Source of the DNA: a virus
Strand: one strand, 5' to 3'
Length of the DNA: 64,000 bases
IMG/VR virus record: IMGVR_UViG_3300045988_075249
Location: 64,001-128,000 of that record
The notes under the pieces were generated by a model. That model was not told the origin of the DNA and did no database searches. It saw only the letters and a list, made by a program, of their open reading frames with translations. The position numbers were made by a program, and so were the translations under genes. This document shows positions 36,501 through 48,381 of this stretch, piece after piece (positions within the stretch are counted from its first letter, which is position 1; every line of letters starts with the position of its first letter).

Positions 36501-39271
36501 ATGAGAGAAATAACATTAACAAGTAAGGTTACTCCCAAAGTGATTAACCCAATAAGTGGTAAAGCAGTTGAGATAGCCGCACCAACAGTAGTAATACCAG
36601 CAGCCGCAGTTTTAGCTGAAGCTCCAACTGTTAAATACGATATTGCAGTTAAACTATTTTGTAATGCCTGCTGTTTAAACAAGGTAGAGATTGTTGGTAA
36701 TAACATTCCAAAGTTAGTAAGAATAACTGTAAAATCTTCAACAGTAAACTCTCCCTCTTTCACAGAATTTGTAAAAGTAGAGAACATGGAATTAATACTT
36801 GTCATTCCCATTGTAACTTGCGATAAAGTGGTTCCTACTTTAACCAATGTCTCAGCCCAGTCTAAAGTAGCATATCTGTTATTCTTTAACCCCTCACTAA
36901 TTTCTTTTGTTTTCTACTGTAATAATTCTAATCCCTATCTAAAAGCCTCAGCACTAATTTCATTATTCTTAAAAGCTGCTACAAGACCACTTAGATCATT
37001 TTTAAATTTAACAGAACCATCACCTAAAGAAGTAATAACTCTATTTAATGCAGCAACGTCTGATTCTGCCCCTTTTAATGCTTCCTAAAACTACTAAGAG
37101 GTAGTAAGATATTCTATTATCTCCTAATTTGTTGCATCTTGAGCACCTTCAAAAAGATTTAGGCTTCTTACTAAATTAATAGTTTCTTGAGAGATTTCAT
37201 TGGTTCCAGAACCAACTAATTTCTATACTTGCTAAAACTCAGAAAGACTTACGCTCGCCACTTTTAATTTGTCAATTAAACTCTAAAGGGCTTGCTAATT
37301 TGTCTTTGAACTATAGAGAATTTCTGTTTCTATGTCCTCATAAAAAGAAAATTTATTTTCATCTTCTAACACAAGCGCCGATAGTAGATTATCCTTCCAT
37401 TTTTTATTGGGAACTAAACGCTCAGACAAACTATTTGTATAAGCTGTAATAAGTTCATCTGATTTGCTAACCTACTACCCAATTAAATTAACCTATGTCT
37501 ATAAAACCTTTACTCTATCTAAATCTTGTTGTAAAATACCAGCCTAGCGCTCAGATAGTTGTGTGGCCGCAGCGGACGCTTCTCCTTCAAGCTAAACAAT
37601 CTAAGCTTGAGTATTTACCATCTATCCCTAAATAGTATTATCAAGTGCGGATTTCGCGATAATATCAGCCATCTATGCGGCTTCAGTTCTCAAAGTTTGC
37701 GCTCTATCCTTTTCTCTCTATCCGATAATACCAAGATTAGAAGCAATATCTCTCATTCCTTGCGCAATCTTATCACCAAAAGCCTTATTCATCAGTAAAG
37801 CAGTTGTTGCTAAAACGCCAGACATTCCGCCTAAACCATCAATAATATCAGCAGTTGTACTTAAAATAGGACTAAGAACATCATCTACCCCAATATAAAA
37901 ATCAGGATTTATTAAACTATCATAAATATCTTCCGCGGATGCTCTTACTCTATCTCTTGCCGCCTCCCAAGATTCAGCATAAATATCTGCTTGTTCTTGT
38001 AGAGATCCTTCTGCTCCATAAGAACTCTCCAAATTTTCCTAGAAGAAATCCCAGTTATCCATAAGAGCAATAAGACGAGTATATTGACGTACTCCAGCCA
38101 CAGTCTGTGCTAATGCAATCTATTGATCATTAGATAGAGTTTCCCATTTCTCTCCCATTTCATCTAATAAAGTATCCATAGTCTTGATTTCTCCATTAAC
38201 GTCAAAGATGTTAATTCCAACTTTATCAAGAGCCTAAGAATATTTATTTAGAGTAGTTCCATCATCAAGTGTTTCTCCAAGATTTAAGCCCTGAATACGT
38301 GCAAATAATGTTCTAAATGCAGTACCTACAGTATTCGTAGATTCACGAGTTGTAGCAGTAACAGTAGCAAGCGCAGATGCGGCATACTCATAACTCAAAC
38401 CTACCGTCTCTGCAACTGCGGCAAACTGCTAGATACCTTCTGAAATTTCATCAGAGCTTGATGCAGTATCTGCACCTAAGCGCACCATGACGTCTGCATA
38501 ATACTCAAGACTTTTACTTCCATCATAGAAGTTATTCCATACCGCAGTTAACTAGTCAGATGCAGTCTAAGCACTAACACCGGCGGCGTTTGCCATTTTT
38601 ATAGTAGTTTCAGTTCTATCTAAAACTTCCTATTCAGTAAGACCCTGTTGATAGTAAATCAGAGCTGCGTCAGTATAATCTACTGTAGTTGTGCTCAATG
38701 CTTTAGCCGCTTCATTAGCCTACTTAGCAAAAACAGCCATATCCTCGGCAGAATTTTCAGTAACTATACGAATGTTTGTCAGAGATTCATTTAAATCTTT
38801 TGCATAACCATAAGCTGTCTCTAAAGAGCCAATAAAACCCTATAAAGTGCTTGCTGTAATCTACCAACGAACCGTATTTTTCATTGTAATCCACAAATCA
38901 GACATTAACTTATTAGTTCTGATTAACGGAGTTTCCGCCGCCATAATAGCCTGAGAAAGATTTAAGAATGTTTCTTGCCCCTAAATTCCCAGTTTGCTTA
39001 GTTGATTATAATAATCTGTTAAAGTCTTTCCGCTTTTTACTAAACTATCATTAAAAGCAGTCAAATCTAACTTACCTGAATTTCCATTAGTAGCCATCTA
39101 AAGATTACGGCTCAATTCAAGGGCCGCCAAAGATGCCTACTGAAGTTCACTAGAAATAGATGGCTAATTGCCTAATTTCTATAAACTATTTATAACTTCA
39201 TTAACAGAGGTTTTTAGCTGACTCGCGTCAGCGGTAAACCCAATCTAATAGTTTAATCTTTTATTAGCCAC
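30572..39271 (-). CDS. Tape measure protein, ~2899 aa, with well over 100 in-frame TAG codons.
   Basis: Seven track ORF pieces (37718..38032, 36452..36847, 35444..35686, 33392..33598, 32837..33106, 32501..32722, 30953..31342) all share one frame (top position = 1 mod 3). 8700 nt = 2900 codons from GTG 39271 (RBS aaaggagg) to TAA 30572-30574. TM segment cluster, long coiled coils and the C-terminal ..GFDTGGYTGE..AKLAFLHEKELVLN motif are typical of tape measure proteins. Confidence 0.8.
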
Positions 39272-39310
39272 AGTCCTTTTCCTCCTTTATCTCTACGATA
39301 AAACAAATAA

Positions 39311-39347
39311 GGCTCTTGAGAATTATATCTTCTCAAGAGCCTTTTAA
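39311..39347 (-). other. Intergenic hairpin aaggctcttgagaa ttatatc ttctcaagagcctt between the chaperone-like gene and the tape measure gene.
   Basis: 14-bp inverted repeat seen in sequence. Possible attenuator or RNA processing site. Confidence 0.3.
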
Positions 39348-39381
39348 TTCTCTATCTAATTTGTAAATTTTATTAGATTTA

Positions 39382-39912
39382 TTAATCTTTTCCAACCACA
39401 TCTTTAATTACTGATAGTGTTTCAAGATTTTCACCATTCTTAATCTTTTCTAGCATATCAGTAATATATGTATCAAGACCAGAAGCATTTTTATTCATCA
39501 TCTGAATAATGCCGGCCGCAGAACTATTATATCTTGAAATATCGCTTATAGTATCCTTAACTAAATCCTCAATAAAAGATAGTTCCTCCACCGGAATAAT
39601 ATCACGAATTGCATCAATTACACCGTTTGTCTCAAGAGTGTCATAGGTTTTTGCGATATTTTCATGCACATCTTCTGGCTCAAAAGTAATTCCGCCATAC
39701 CATCTGCATATAGCAATAGCAAAATAGGTCTCCACTCTAACTGGACTAAAACAGCCAGTTGCCTCATCTATTGATAAATCAGTGACAAACATAATAAGAT
39801 TTGTTTTATCAGCAATAGGAAGATAATTAGCCACAGACAAAATCTTATCTGCTCCAACCTTTACTTCTGTATATTTAACTTTAGGCTCAAGCCCCAAATC
39901 TTTAAAAGTCAT
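39382..39912 (-). CDS. Tail assembly chaperone-like protein (position-based call).
   Basis: Track ORF immediately upstream of the tape measure gene. Confidence 0.4.
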   Translation of the reverse strand: MTFKDLGLEPKVKYTEVKVGADKILSVANYLPIADKTNLIMFVTDLSIDEATGCFSPVRVETYFAIAICRWYGGITFEPEDVHENIAKTYDTLETNGVIDAIRDIIPVEELSFIEDLVKDTISDISRYNSSAAGIIQMMNKNASGLDTYITDMLEKIKNGENLETLSVIKDVVGKD

Positions 39913-39975
39913 TGTAAAATCTCCTTTATCTCATTTATATTTTTATTATACTAGAAAAATTAACTATTGTCAAGT

Positions 39976-41412
39976 TTAATATGCGTATTTAGATAGTATA
40001 TTATTATTTAAAGTTGCTGCAATAGTTAATTTATTTATAACTCCATTGACTATATTACTACGGGTGATTGCATCTAATATGTTTGCTCCAGAATTGCCAT
40101 ACCACTTATTACCCAGAGCGCCTTCTCCACCAATAGAAACCACTTCATGAGCACTATTTCTAACAATATCATCACAGATATTATTAATAATTCGCTAGAT
40201 TGAAAATACTCTACCATTAACTATAATAAACTATCCTAAATGACCCTTCTATGAACTAAACTCACTAGACTGAATCCACTAATTAAAGAAGGACGCTGCA
40301 ACAGAAGCCCGTATATTATTAAACGATTCTTCAAAATCAGCTCCAGTATATCTATGAGCAATCATATTATAAGCAAGATACTTCTCTGGCTAACCAGAAA
40401 AATATTCTCCAACATTCATACTTGAAGAAGCAGAAATTTTATTCTAAGACATTTTCTTATTTTGCCATCTTGCATTTACATTTGTCCCTATCTCTATATT
40501 AAAAGTCTGATTGCCCTTGGTTACTTGCAAACTAAAGGTATCATTATTAAATATATTTGTAGTACCTTTAGACTTAGAGACATTATTCTATCCTTTATCA
40601 ACCCATCGCAATTTTCCACCAGATTGCGCGATTACCTTATCTAATATACTATCCGCGGTATTAACTCCTATTGATATACCCTCTGCAACTATCGCCTAAC
40701 TAATCTAATTTCCAATAACCCTTCTAAATATATAAGCAATAGTATTAGCAAAAGAACGAGAGTTTACTGATCCCTATTCACTTAAACGAGTAACAGCCCT
40801 GTTTAAAGAATCTATTACATCTTTTGCGATATTTATATCTCCTTTGCCAACAGCCATAACATAACTTTGCTATGCCTAATCTATCTAAAAGCTAGTTCCT
40901 ATTAGCTATCTTCCAATCTATGTTAAAGCATCAAGAACATTAACATTTATCATATTCGCTTTCGTTAAAGCTGATATAAGTAACCTAAAGAAATCATTCA
41001 CTCTCTATATTTCCGGTGTACCAGTTGATAACAAGTTATTAAAGCTTCCAACCTATTGCAATATAGTATTATAGTTTTCAAAATCTACCTATCCACCAGC
41101 TAATTCAATACCCTCATTAATACCGGCGGCAATCTAATCAAGAGTAGAGTCTAATAGGGTTCCTATCTCTAGATCACTTAGAATCTTTAATCCACTGGCG
41201 GCGGAAGGCGCTTTTAGCTGCATCTATTCTTGAATTGAGGAGATCTAAGCCTCAATTCCCGCGGTCTATGCTTTATTTACTGCCTATTGATACTATGCGC
41301 TGAATAAGGTATTCGCTGATTCTACGTCGCCATATTCTCTCAAATGGCTACTGTGATATACAATATAGTTAATAGACCAACGCTAAACATAATCATAAAT
41401 ATCAATATCCAT
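39976..41412 (-). CDS. Hypothetical tail protein (478 aa). ~40 TAGs.
   Basis: RBS taaggag plus ATG 41412. 1437 nt = 479 codons to TAA 39976-39978. Confidence 0.55.
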
Positions 41413-41436
41413 AACTCCAATTACTCCTTATAAAAA

Positions 41437-41462
41437 GAAAAAGGGAGGACATTAAGTCCTCC
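41437..41462 (-). terminator. Hairpin aaagggaggac attaa gtcctcccttt just after the major tail gene.
   Basis: Seen in sequence. Confidence 0.5.
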
Positions 41463-41469
41463 CTTTAGA

Positions 41470-42864
41470 TTAAATTCCGTCATCCTCGGTGACAGAGACT
41501 AACTTATTGCGGGTGCTAGTCTTAGCTTTTGCTGCGGCAGATGTAGCAAAGCTAAGTTTGTTATTAATGGTATAAGTCTTTTCAAAATCACCATTAATCT
41601 TATTAATCTTTGCGGTAATAGGAGTTGCCTGATCTTCGCTAGTAAGAATTACAAGCAATCCTTGAGCTAACTCTTCGCCGCTAACGGTTTGAGTCTTTGT
41701 ATTACCTTCAATTCTTGGGTCTGTAGAGAAGTATCTCTCATAAGCTGGGTTTGTAGTTACCACATTATATTGGGTACTATCACTCTCTACTGGGATTTGC
41801 AGGCTGATCTGAGCAGCTTCTGCTATAGTATCGCCATAAGCCTCAGTGTCATAAGCCTTTCCTGTTACACTACCAGTAACATCAAGCTCTGCGGCTGTAG
41901 CACTATTAGATACGAAACTTACAGTCACATCAGCAGCTTCACTCTCATAAGTACCTACATTCTCAGAGCATGGCTCACGAGTTTCCTCGGTTTCACCGCT
42001 TTCATCAGTGATTACTTGAATTGCAGCCAATACCTTATGGGTTTGGTCGAACTTGGTGTAATCAGGGAAAGCGTCCATTGTAAAGGTAAAGGTAGAAGGA
42101 TCTCCGTTAGCTGCCATGCTGAATGTGAAGTTACTCTGAACTTTACAGTTAGGAATAATAAATTCAGCAGGCATATCTACGCCATCGCTCTCACGACGGA
42201 ATAGAGTTGAAGCCTCAAGATAATAGTTACCACCAAACTTATCAGCAGTAATTTCAATCATCTGTGCTCCACCGGTACGCTTTACATAGTAGTCAACTAA
42301 AACAATGGTTCCCGCAGGAAGTACGCCAGCATGAGAATAACAAGTTAAAGTTGTTTTGCCATCTTCTGTGTAACTTACAGAAACAGGAATACAAGGCTCG
42401 GCATTAACTTGACCATCATCGCCTAACACCATCACAAAGATGTCGGCAGAACGGTGATACATTTCATTATCATGGTCAGTAAATCCATTCCAGCAAGCCT
42501 TGTCTGGAACAATAATAGTATTGGCAGTCTCAACTTCAATCTGAGAAGTCTGGTGAACATAGATAGGAGCTTCTTTTGTTGCATCAAGTAGGCCAGCACC
42601 AGAAAGAATAGAGAAGCTTTCTGGAGAAAGTAGAGCATCTTCCATTGTAAAGGTTAGAGTACGCTCACCTTCCCAAGCAATCAATCTAGAATATCCATGT
42701 CCGCCCTGCGCATATACTGTTGTTGCAGCACCCTCAAGAGTAGAGGTTCTTAAAGTGTCGAAATATAAAACTGGTTCATTTTTGTAGAACTTACGATTAC
42801 CAAGGGTTTGATAACTCTTCGCACGAAGCACTACATCGCAAATCTCACGAATACCAAAACGCAT
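41470..42864 (-). CDS. Major tail protein (tube or sheath). No TAG codons.
   Basis: 464-aa intact track ORF. RBS ttaaggaggaatt. Its own terminator follows. Position between head-tail genes and the chaperone/tape-measure genes. Confidence 0.55.
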   Translation of the reverse strand: MRFGIREICDVVLRAKSYQTLGNRKFYKNEPVLYFDTLRTSTLEGAATTVYAQGGHGYSRLIAWEGERTLTFTMEDALLSPESFSILSGAGLLDATKEAPIYVHQTSQIEVETANTIIVPDKACWNGFTDHDNEMYHRSADIFVMVLGDDGQVNAEPCIPVSVSYTEDGKTTLTCYSHAGVLPAGTIVLVDYYVKRTGGAQMIEITADKFGGNYYLEASTLFRRESDGVDMPAEFIIPNCKVQSNFTFSMAANGDPSTFTFTMDAFPDYTKFDQTHKVLAAIQVITDESGETEETREPCSENVGTYESEAADVTVSFVSNSATAAELDVTGSVTGKAYDTEAYGDTIAEAAQISLQIPVESDSTQYNVVTTNPAYERYFSTDPRIEGNTKTQTVSGEELAQGLLVILTSEDQATPITAKINKINGDFEKTYTINNKLSFATSAAAKAKTSTRNKLVSVTEDDGI

Positions 42865-42878
42865 GAGCTAATTCCTCC

Positions 42879-43604
42879 TTAATTTTTAGGATGTATATCT
42901 CGCATCCATGATTCAACTGGTTTATCCGGTTTGCCGCCTGCAAGACGAACCCGCAGATCAACATCCCATTCAATAAATGCATTATATCTTTCCATCAAGT
43001 CAAATATCTAAAACATATTGAGATTAAGGCAATCCTCCAAGCTCATTGTCTAAGATCCAACTGTTAGGATAGATACATAACGTGTTAAAACACTTTCATT
43101 ATTTCCCTTATTCTTTATTTCCGCTACTTTACGACGTCCCCGCATTAACTTCTCTGCTATTTCTTTTGCTCTATCATTCGCAGGATTATAGATAACATTA
43201 TTACCTTGAAATATGCTATTTACACATAAGACCTCTTTTAATGTATCTTGGAAAATATCAAAGTTATTATCATCTATCAAAATAGGTTGCTTTTCATTCT
43301 ATTTTGTTAAAATAATAGAATTTCTCGTAAGTAGTGGTATATAGTCAGGAAATAATAACGTAAGAAGCATGATAATTGCATCTTTCTTATCCTTATCCTA
43401 AGATTGTTCTAACACCTTCATCAATACTTGAAAATTAGTTAAGGATGATGAAAGAATTTCGTCCTATATTAATGATTCTTTGTCTAAACAAAGATATTGA
43501 ACTGCCATAAAAAATTTTGTCTCGCCTATAAGAGCTATTTCTTTAATGGTGGGAACATGAATAATAAGTTGTAATTCAGGAATGGGAATATCAATCCCAG
43601 CCAT
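42879..43604 (-). CDS. Head-tail joining / tail completion-like protein. ~6 TAGs.
   Basis: 726 nt = 242 codons from ATG 43604 to TAA 42879-42881. Contains track ORF 43050..43280 in frame. Confidence 0.45.
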
Positions 43605-43620
43605 TAAAGCTAATCTATAA

Positions 43621-44157
43621 TCAGACAAGTGGATTTACCTTATCCTCATTACCACGAATTGCAAGATAGGTAAGAGACAAACCGGCAAACTCTTCATCAT
43701 AAATATACGGAACAGCGGATACAAATTCAAGTTCTCCTATCCCAGTTAAATGAGTTTTATCCAACATTGAATCTATCTCTCCGGCTATCCTATAAGGACG
43801 CAAATCATAATCTCCTAAATCCCAATTATCATAATGACATATAATATCTATTCCAAAGGTATTATCTCTATATTCAGGATTAGTAGAATTTCTAACCATC
43901 GTACCATAAATTAATCGCAAATATGATTTTTCTGGCCTATCTACTTTAATTTTAGGCACAGGAGAAATTTGCTATGTTTCAATCATTTCCTTTATCATAT
44001 CTCCGGTAACCGCAGGTTTACTTTTCCAATCTCTAGTATTATAAGCTAATAACTTTAAAACATTCTAATTAGAAAGTATCCTCTCCATAATCAATGAAGC
44101 GTCTTTCTAAATTCCCAATAAACTAGATTTAGGATATTCATAGGTATTCTTTTTCAT
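43621..44157 (-). CDS. Hypothetical virion protein. 3 TAGs.
   Basis: RBS aggggtg plus ATG 44157. 537 nt = 179 codons to TGA 43621-43623. Contains track ORF 43621..43959. Confidence 0.5.
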
Positions 44158-44169
44158 TAATTTCACCCC

Positions 44170-44970
44170 TTAGAACAAAGACTCTACCACAATAACTTTT
44201 TCTAGCGTAATATTTTCTTTTTCCCATATTAGAGTGAATTGACCATGAGTAGATTTATTCCATACTAAATCTACTGCTTTATTTCCATTCGGACATAAAG
44301 TTACAGGGAAATCTTTTTCTAGTATTGACCAAGTTCCATTAGGTTCTTCAACAGAATAAGTCTCTTTTATTAAGGGCTTAATGAAAGTTTCACCTAATAT
44401 TCCACTTTCTGGAGTAGGATCAACAGGCTCAAAAACTAATCCATCTTTCATACTATTCTCAATATCGTCTGTATCTCTATTGATATAGTCCTCTTCTGCA
44501 TTGACTTCAATAACATTTCTCATGCTAATATCGTCTGGAGCCTAGACTTTCCAGCACCGTCCCGCAAATAGAAATTCTTTATATCTATCAAAAGCATGAA
44601 TTGTTTTCTCATTTCTTGGCATGAGGATATTTAAACTTAAATTAGGTTTATCTAATCTCTCTTGATTTTTCTGAATAGATTCTATCTAAGCTTCAACTGG
44701 CCCTCTAATTGCCGCCCATGTTTCACACCATTTTCCATCCTAATCTTTAAATTTAATCTTATATCTACAACGTCTTATTTCTCCTCTAAAGTAAGCATCC
44801 TCGGTTATTTCTTCTAAATAGATAATCCAATAAGTCCCAGTTCTTTTCCACTCAAAGACATCTCCCGGTTCATATTTTGCCATATGATCTATTGAAATTA
44901 TCTTATCATCATAATCTTGTTTTACTTTATCGGGATTAATAAGCGCTCTATATATAGGATAAATACCCAT
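44170..44970 (-). CDS. Hypothetical virion protein. 3 TAGs.
   Basis: Track ORFs 44740..44970 and 44170..44523 are in one frame. 801 nt = 267 codons. Confidence 0.5.
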
Positions 44971-45148
44971 TTCATTATCAATAGCATCTAAAGATGCATC
45001 TAATACCTAAGATGATTTTTGTACCATCTAAACTGAACAACTTTGATAAGAATACTATAACGCTTTTTGAAGAGTGCGCCATTTATCCTTTATCATTCTA
45101 TCTTCTTGCCGAACGCCGCCTTGCCACTCGAGTCTTTTCCTCATTAAT

Positions 45149-45391
45149 TCAAGATTCGTCATCTTTTATTACCTATGCCAATAAATCTATACATCTAAAG
45201 ACTGTTTTTCGATAAATCATAAAATCTTCTTTACATACACTTGAAGTTAAACCTTCTAATTTAGATAATAAGATAAGACCTTCGACTTTATCTTTATATA
45301 TCCTAACCAAACCACTAATTTCCTCTATCATAGTATTTAAATGATTTATCCAATCTTCATCGTTTTCCTTCATTGGTATTAACTTCCACAA
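45149..45391 (-). CDS. Hypothetical small protein. One TAG.
   Basis: Track ORF 45173..45391 plus 8 codons past TAG to TGA 45149-45151. Confidence 0.4.
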
Positions 45392-45647
45392 CTAATTGAT
45401 TAGTCTCTTTAAATCTTGCTCTCTAGTATCTAATGGAAAATCAATTTCATATTTATCCATCAAAAACACTCGTTTCTCTAAGAGTAGACCAATTCGACTT
45501 ATAAGACCCTTCATTATCAATTAGTTTTCTTCTTTTATAAAGACGTTGCATGTGGTGGCTTTGACGCTCAGCTTCCTTCTTTAGCTCTATCAACTTTGCT
45601 AAATGATTAGCCTAAGAAGTCATTTTAAAATCTGTACCAGAATATTT

Positions 45648-45989
45648 CATTCTCGTCTGCTCTATTGATGCTACCTAGCGCTATAACCAAGTATTATACA
45701 TCAATAATGCAAGAATATTTATTTCTTCGGTTGTCAAATGTGCGGAAAAGGCTGGAACAGCAATCGTCCCAGTCTCTTCACTAGCTATCTCAACATTGGT
45801 AAAACTATATAATGGAAATCTAGGAAATTCAAACCCTGGGAGCGCATCCATTAAAATATTATACAAATCTTTCTCGGTATCTTCCTTAGTCCATTCCATA
45901 TACATATCATCAGTAATTTTACCAAAAAATCTATCGTACACTTCTTCAAAAAGGGTAGGATCGCCCTAAATTGGATACTTATTATCCAT
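45648..45989 (-). CDS. Hypothetical protein. 3 TAGs. Coordinates approximate (+/- 1 nt at the 3' end).
   Basis: RBS aagggagg plus ATG 45989. Includes track ORF 45681..45941 (GTG-initiated fragment). Confidence 0.4.
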
Positions 45990-46008
45990 GGCTATAACCT
46001 CCCTTATC

Positions 46009-46566
46009 TTACTCGGATATAGTTACTCTACGCTTTGGAGTATCATCACTTGCAACCGATGCTCTTCTAACAGGCTTAACCTCATTTTTAGAATTTTTTC
46101 CTTCGTCCGCGGTTAATTCCAACGCTTTAGTAACGTTAAAACCTAATTGTTTTTCTATCGCATCTCGCTTTGAAATATCATTCAAAGGAAGAGAAACCGC
46201 GTGAGCCTTAATCAAATCTTTTGTCCCATCAGGGGCAAAATCAAGAGCATCCTTGAATTCATCCAAAGAGCATGACTGCATCCACGAATCAATATCTTTC
46301 TCTTTTAACCAATATTCTGGTTCAACTTTCCCATTAATAAGATATTCAATAATTTCTTTATCATCAATTAATAGATAATTATAAATCAGCTTGCGGCCTC
46401 CGGGTGTTTGAACCAACTTTTCAAGCTCAGATACACTAATCTCTTTATGCTCACCTGGATAGAACATACGACGTACACCAAGCTCAGGCAGTTTATATAC
46501 CGCGCGGCCCGCACTTTTATTATAAACAATACACTTATCTTTCATATTATATCTCCTTTTTCTCAA
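46009..46566 (-). CDS. Hypothetical head or connector protein. No TAG.
   Basis: Track ORF, 185 aa. Confidence 0.5.
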   Translation of the reverse strand: MRKRRYNMKDKCIVYNKSAGRAVYKLPELGVRRMFYPGEHKEISVSELEKLVQTPGGRKLIYNYLLIDDKEIIEYLINGKVEPEYWLKEKDIDSWMQSCSLDEFKDALDFAPDGTKDLIKAHAVSLPLNDISKRDAIEKQLGFNVTKALELTADEGKNSKNEVKPVRRASVASDDTPKRRVTISE

Positions 46567-46606
46567 TAAATAAAGGGGATAGGGATATTTCCCTATCCCC
46601 TTTTAA

Positions 46607-47659
46607 TTAACCATTATTTGGATTTGGGTTAGTATTATCAAGCTCACCTTGAAGTTCAGTATCAACGTAAGAGAAAATGTTATTTGCCATCATTACGCCA
46701 ACTCCGACCTTGCGGTAAACCTGAATATCACGAGACCAGTCATCGTTATCATCGCGCTCGCGCACGTGAGTAGTACCCTCAAAAGCAACTTTAACAGGAC
46801 GGGTATCTGCTCCACCGGGGATAACCCAAGCATAACCAGGGTCAATCATCTTTCTAGAGTTAGTCTCATCCTCAAGAGTTTGAGGTAGAATTACCACTCT
46901 AGTTCCCTTGTAGTTAGCAAGGTATCCAGTTCCCCAATACTGATCTCTCATGTTATCAGAAATCCAAGCCTCATTATCTGGAATCATCTTTACTGCAAAC
47001 TCACGAGTACAGTAAATAGTAGGCTGACCATAAGCGCTAGCAGTATTTACAAGATAATCCATAGTGGCTTCATCAAAACCAGCAACGGCACAACGGTTTG
47101 CTGCGGGAAGCTGATTAATAGAACCCATAAGAGCTTGAGCAATCTCTCTATAAATAAGCTCTTGCATACCCTCAGTTACAATCTGAGTAAGTTCTGCGAA
47201 GTTTACTCTTCCGTCGAGGAACTCCTCGAATCCGATACGAGCAGCTCCGCCGATAGCACTTGTACCAACTTCGAAGCTCTCGGAACCGAGCTTAAAGGTC
47301 TCGTATACGCCAGCAAGTCCAACGCGAGTGATGAATTGCTTAGCACGGGTAAGTCCAGTTCTACGAGTAAATACAGGTTTATCTCCCTGTCCGAAAGTTC
47401 TAATCTCGGCAAAATTGCCATAAGAATTGAGTAAACGATTAGGAACAACTTCATCCATAGTTTGCTCAATTAAAGAGAATAGAGTATGTTTATTTTCTCT
47501 ATAAAGTTCATCTGTGCCAACAAGCTCATTTAACTCATTGCGCAAAGTGGTGTTCAAAGCGTCGTAGCTAAAGGATTCTCCTTGATAGCTATAGGTACCA
47601 GAAGGATTTGCATTGGCGACAGTCTTCATTAAACTAAGTAAATTAGCTTTATCTAACAT
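46607..47659 (-). CDS. Major capsid protein (HK97-fold-like). No TAG codons.
   Basis: 350-aa intact track ORF directly downstream of the scaffold gene. Composition and position typical of a major capsid protein. Confidence 0.7.
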   Translation of the reverse strand: MLDKANLLSLMKTVANANPSGTYSYQGESFSYDALNTTLRNELNELVGTDELYRENKHTLFSLIEQTMDEVVPNRLLNSYGNFAEIRTFGQGDKPVFTRRTGLTRAKQFITRVGLAGVYETFKLGSESFEVGTSAIGGAARIGFEEFLDGRVNFAELTQIVTEGMQELIYREIAQALMGSINQLPAANRCAVAGFDEATMDYLVNTASAYGQPTIYCTREFAVKMIPDNEAWISDNMRDQYWGTGYLANYKGTRVVILPQTLEDETNSRKMIDPGYAWVIPGGADTRPVKVAFEGTTHVRERDDNDDWSRDIQVYRKVGVGVMMANNIFSYVDTELQGELDNTNPNPNNG

Positions 47660-47678
47660 TCTTCTTCACTCCTTCCAA

Positions 47679-48368
47679 TTAACCTACACGCTGTACTTTT
47701 ACACCGGGTTGAAGATCTGGCATGGTGTATACTTTTACTACTGTAAAGATAGGATCTAAATCTCCACCCTTAGCAGAAGATTCAGTATCCTCGGTTAAAT
47801 AACCATCAGTATTAATCTTTAAACGATCTCCAACAGCAAGTGAACCGGCATCAGCCTTAATAGTATTAGTCGTCCAAATATCACCAATACTAATCTTAAT
47901 TACACGTGGAACCATTTTAGTTCCTTCTGGCATCAAAGCTGGATAAGTAAATGTTTCCATATTCTTTTTATATGCTACGTTACTACCTTCACGTACAGCT
48001 TCACCAGTATAGTCATTAATGGTAGCGAGTGTAGAAACGGTCTGTCCGATTGGGCTATAAACACGAGCGTTATAGTTATCTTTAATCATAGCAAAATCGG
48101 CATCAGTCTCACGATCTCTATAAATTTTTACCTCATTGAATACCATCATCCAAGCACCAGAAGTAGCCCCTGTGCTAAAATCACATACACCCTTAGCATA
48201 GTCATACTTTACGAATTGACCATTCTCAAGAAGGGTGATTGTGCTAGCAGCAGGAAGCTGGGCATATACCTGACCATTTCTTGGAGCGGAAAGATGGTTT
48301 GGTTCTACTTGACCATATCCATATTGGACAAAAGTAGCATTACCTAATCTTTTAGAACTCTTAGCCAT
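47679..48368 (-). CDS. Capsid-associated protein (decoration or auxiliary capsid protein). No TAG.
   Basis: Track ORF lying between the scaffold and major capsid genes. Confidence 0.45.
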   Translation of the reverse strand: MAKSSKRLGNATFVQYGYGQVEPNHLSAPRNGQVYAQLPAASTITLLENGQFVKYDYAKGVCDFSTGATSGAWMMVFNEVKIYRDRETDADFAMIKDNYNARVYSPIGQTVSTLATINDYTGEAVREGSNVAYKKNMETFTYPALMPEGTKMVPRVIKISIGDIWTTNTIKADAGSLAVGDRLKINTDGYLTEDTESSAKGGDLDPIFTVVKVYTMPDLQPGVKVQRVG

Positions 48369-48381
48369 TCTTTAATCCTCC

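Noticed and set aside
36501-37088. Plus-strand ORFs inside minus-strand structural genes (36501..37088, 41689..42204, 47135..47434, 48665..48952, 46649..46888, 30998..31195, 26919..27110, 22341..22526).
   Set aside because: All lie antisense to much longer, well-supported genes (tape measure, major tail, major capsid, scaffold, fibres). Products are low-complexity. No RBS.
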